DNA of 56,764 nucleotides from a virus. Taxonomy: Duplodnaviria; Caudoviricetes. Position 1 is the stretch's first letter, and each line of letters opens with the position of its first letter. The position numbers and the translations under genes were made by a program. Under the pieces are notes generated by a model, which saw nothing but the letters and a program-made list of their open reading frames with translations, made no database searches and was not told the DNA's origin. Of this stretch, positions 54,471-56,764 are shown piece after piece. Where the stretch lies: positions 1 through 56,764 of the IMG/VR virus record IMGVR_UViG_3300033076_000855; one strand, written 5' to 3'.

Positions 54471-55678
54471 ACAACATCGTCGACGTCCACGCAATCAATC
54501 GCGCACACGCCAAGCTCTCAGCGAGCGGATCGGCCAAGTGGCTGGTGTGCACGCCGAGCGCCCACCTCGAAGACCAGTTCCTGGACGAGGACACCGAGTT
54601 CAGCGCGGAAGGCACGTTCGCCCATGGGGTGTTCGCCTACCGCATGGAGGTGGCCCTCAACCAGCGTCCTGCCGACACCGAGATCGTCGCCGCATTCCAC
54701 GCGAACAAGTACTGGTCGCAGGAGCTGAGCGACTACGTCCAGCAGACCGTCGAGTTCGCGATGGACCGCGTGGCTGAGGCCAAGGCTCGCTGCAAAGACC
54801 CGGTCATCCTGGTCGAGCAGCGCCTGAACTTCAGCCGCTGGGTGCCTGAAGGCTTCGGCACGGGCGACCTGGTGATCATCACCGACGGCCTGGTCGAAGT
54901 GCTGGACCTGAAGTACGGCAAGGGCATCCCCGTGTCGGCCTTCGAGAACAGCCAGATGCGCCTGTACGGCCTGGGCGGCTACAACGAGCTGTCGCACCTG
55001 TACGACATCACGCACGTGCGCACCACCGTCATGCAGCCGCGCCTGGACAACTGGGGCAGCGAAGACCTGACCGTGGAGGAACTCCTCCGCTGGGCTGACG
55101 ACGTGGTCGTGCCCGCGGCCAAGCTCGCCTGGGAAGGCAAGGGCCAGTTCGTCGCAGGCGAGCACTGCTCTGACGGGTTCTGTAAGGCCCGCTTCACGTG
55201 CAAGGCCCGCAACGACCAGTCCATGGAGATCGCCCGCCGCGAGTTCAGCCTGCTGGCGCCCGAGCTGCTGACCACCGAACAGGTGTGCCAGGTACTGGAC
55301 AAGGCCGACGCGGCGATCAAGTGGCTCAAGGACGTGCAGGAGTTCGCCTTCACGCAGGCCGAGCGCGGCGTGCACATCCCCGGCTACAAGCTCGTCGAGG
55401 GCCGCAGCAACCGCAAGTACGTCAACCAGGACAAGGTGGCCGCCAAGCTCATCGAGAGCGGCTTCCCCGAGGCCGTGATCTACGAGCGCAGCCTGCTGGG
55501 CATCACGGCCATGGAGAAGGCGATCGGCAAGAAGAAGTTCGCCGAGCTGCTCGAAAAGGGCGACGAGCCTCTGATCGAGAAACCACAGGGCAAGCCAACG
55601 CTGGTGCCCGAATCCGACAAGCGCAGCGCCATCAACGCTGCATCCCATTTCACTGCAATCGCAGGAACCGACGCCTGA
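54467..55678 (+). CDS. DUF2800 family PD-(D/E)xK (Cas4-like) nuclease
   Basis: HAKLSAS...W..C, EGTFAH, FGTGD, DLKYGKG, QMRLY, QPR, C..FCKAR..C, KLVEGRSNR. Confidence 0.9.
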   Translation: MNNIVDVHAINRAHAKLSASGSAKWLVCTPSAHLEDQFLDEDTEFSAEGTFAHGVFAYRMEVALNQRPADTEIVAAFHANKYWSQELSDYVQQTVEFAMDRVAEAKARCKDPVILVEQRLNFSRWVPEGFGTGDLVIITDGLVEVLDLKYGKGIPVSAFENSQMRLYGLGGYNELSHLYDITHVRTTVMQPRLDNWGSEDLTVEELLRWADDVVVPAAKLAWEGKGQFVAGEHCSDGFCKARFTCKARNDQSMEIARREFSLLAPELLTTEQVCQVLDKADAAIKWLKDVQEFAFTQAERGVHIPGYKLVEGRSNRKYVNQDKVAAKLIESGFPEAVIYERSLLGITAMEKAIGKKKFAELLEKGDEPLIEKPQGKPTLVPESDKRSAINAASHFTAIAGTDA

Positions 55679-55720
55679 GCCGGTAGCTCAGGAACCAAGT
55701 AACGCAAGGAGCGATACATC

Positions 55721-56263
55721 ATGTCTCACGAAATCACCATCAAGGACGTCCGCTTGTCCTACGTCTACGTCCTCGGCGAGGGCAAGACCAACGACGACGG
55801 CCGCCGCAGCTGGTCCCTCACCGCCCTGGTCCCCAAAGACCACCCGCAGCTGGACGCGATCAAGGCAGCGATCAACGCCGCCAAGACCAAGGACGCTGCC
55901 AAGGTCGGCAAGACCGGCATCAAGTCCCCGCTGCTGGACGGCGACGCGAAGGATGACGACGGCAACTACAAGTACAAGGGCGACGAGAACCGTGGCCACT
56001 ACCTGCTGCGTGCCGCGAACTACAACCGCCGCCCCGCCGTGGTGAACGCCAAGGTCGAGCCGATCATCGACCCTGAAGAAATCTACAGCGGCTGCTACGG
56101 CAACGTGCGCATCTCGTTCTACGGCTATGCAGGCAAGACCAACAAGGGCATCTCGCCTGGCTTGGACGCCGTGCAGAAGACCCGCGACGGTGAGCGCTTG
56201 TCCGCAGGTGGCGTGAAGGCCGAAGACGTCTTCAGCGCCGTGGAAGAGGACTTCCTGTCTTGA
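55721..56263 (+). CDS. DUF2815 family ssDNA-binding protein
   Basis: VRLSY, PLLDGD, IYSGCY, NKGI, QKTRDGERL, acidic C-terminus. Confidence 0.9.
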   Translation: MSHEITIKDVRLSYVYVLGEGKTNDDGRRSWSLTALVPKDHPQLDAIKAAINAAKTKDAAKVGKTGIKSPLLDGDAKDDDGNYKYKGDENRGHYLLRAANYNRRPAVVNAKVEPIIDPEEIYSGCYGNVRISFYGYAGKTNKGISPGLDAVQKTRDGERLSAGGVKAEDVFSAVEEDFLS

Positions 56264-56271
56264 TGAAGTTC

Positions 56272-56366
56272 GGGGCTGTCGAAAGCGGATGCTGGTCGAG
56301 TCAGAAGTGACCCACAAGATAAGAGTGCGACTTGTAAAAGCCCACCAGACGCAGCGAGTAGGCCCC
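56272..56366 (+). ncRNA. Putative structured RNA (multi-stem junction)
   Basis: Nested pairings GGGGCT/GGCCCC, CTGGT/ACCAG, GTCA/TGAC, ACAAG/CTTGT; GAA opposite AGTA. Confidence 0.55.
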
Positions 56367-56381
56367 ACCTGAAAGACAACG

Positions 56382-56657
56382 ATGGCAATCATCAATCCAA
56401 TGTATGCCGAGCGCGATCACTTGCGCATGAGAATGGACCGCGCAAGCTGCCGCGACGAGTACGAGTACTTCCGCGAACGGCTGCACGAACTCGAACACCG
56501 CGAAATGGTGCGCGACATGCGCTACATCAACGAGCCGCCGCGGATCCAGCCCGTGCCAGCGCCCACGTCGCTGACGACGGACCCGGCCAAACCCGACCCG
56601 CTGTCCTTCATGAGGAACGCAAACAACAAACTTCTTTTGATCGGAGCAACAACATGA
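56382..56657 (+). CDS. Hypothetical protein
   Basis: ATGA overlap with the next gene. Confidence 0.6.
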   Translation: MAIINPMYAERDHLRMRMDRASCRDEYEYFRERLHELEHREMVRDMRYINEPPRIQPVPAPTSLTTDPAKPDPLSFMRNANNKLLLIGATT

Positions 56658-56764
56658 AACTCAAACCCTTCGCCGAAATCATCGCGATGTCCAAAGAGAA
56701 GCTGGCCGAATCGCTGGCCCCTGTGCGTGCCCGCAAAGTGCGCAGCCAGGCTGAGCTGGAGATG
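56654..56764 (+). CDS. Hypothetical protein, N-terminal fragment
   Basis: GGAG RBS; MKLKPFAEIIAMSKEK... runs off the window. Confidence 0.65.
   Translation, partial: MKLKPFAEIIAMSKEKLAESLAPVRARKVRSQAELEM

Larger units (their letters stand above)
1..56764. mobile_element. Temperate dsDNA phage genome (Caudoviricetes, podovirus-like), near complete
   Basis: Terminase, portal, capsid, tail, lysis, replication, cI/cro, integrase and attP are all present; no host housekeeping genes and no tape-measure or tail-sheath gene seen. Confidence 0.95.

Noticed and set aside
54467-55678. CRISPR-Cas system (Cas4-like gene)
   Set aside because: The gene is a DUF2800 phage nuclease in its usual context beside the SSB; no repeat-spacer array or other cas genes were seen.

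Overview
Near-complete genome of a GC-rich, temperate, short-tailed (podovirus-like) dsDNA phage, probably infecting a betaproteobacterium (inference). The window starts and ends inside genes of the same rightward early operon, consistent with a circularly permuted assembly with a gap. Modules: (1) a rightward early/replication operon (DUF2800 nuclease, DUF2815 SSB, SPFH fragment, family A DNA polymerase, glutaredoxin, MazG-like protein, many small ORFs); (2) a tyrosine integrase beside an intact attP whose core looks like a tRNA-Leu 3' end; (3) a leftward late region with terminases, portal, N4-gp56-type capsid, tail tube and fibres, a GH19 endolysin/spanin lysis cassette, ejection proteins and a 3138-aa multi-domain polyvalent protein; (4) a rightward accessory island (DUF932, HicA-like, UBA-like, Zn-finger); (5) a leftward cro, primase-helicase, iteron origin, VRR-NUC, SNF2, Q operon and a divergent cI. 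The most notable signals are non-coding: three copies of a promoter + G5 + short leader + terminator module heading three late sub-operons; a GTGACAG heptamer shared by the origin iterons and palindromes over two early promoters; and a multi-stem RNA downstream of the SSB whose closing motif recurs upstream of the polymerase. All family calls come from motif recognition by eye; no searches were run.
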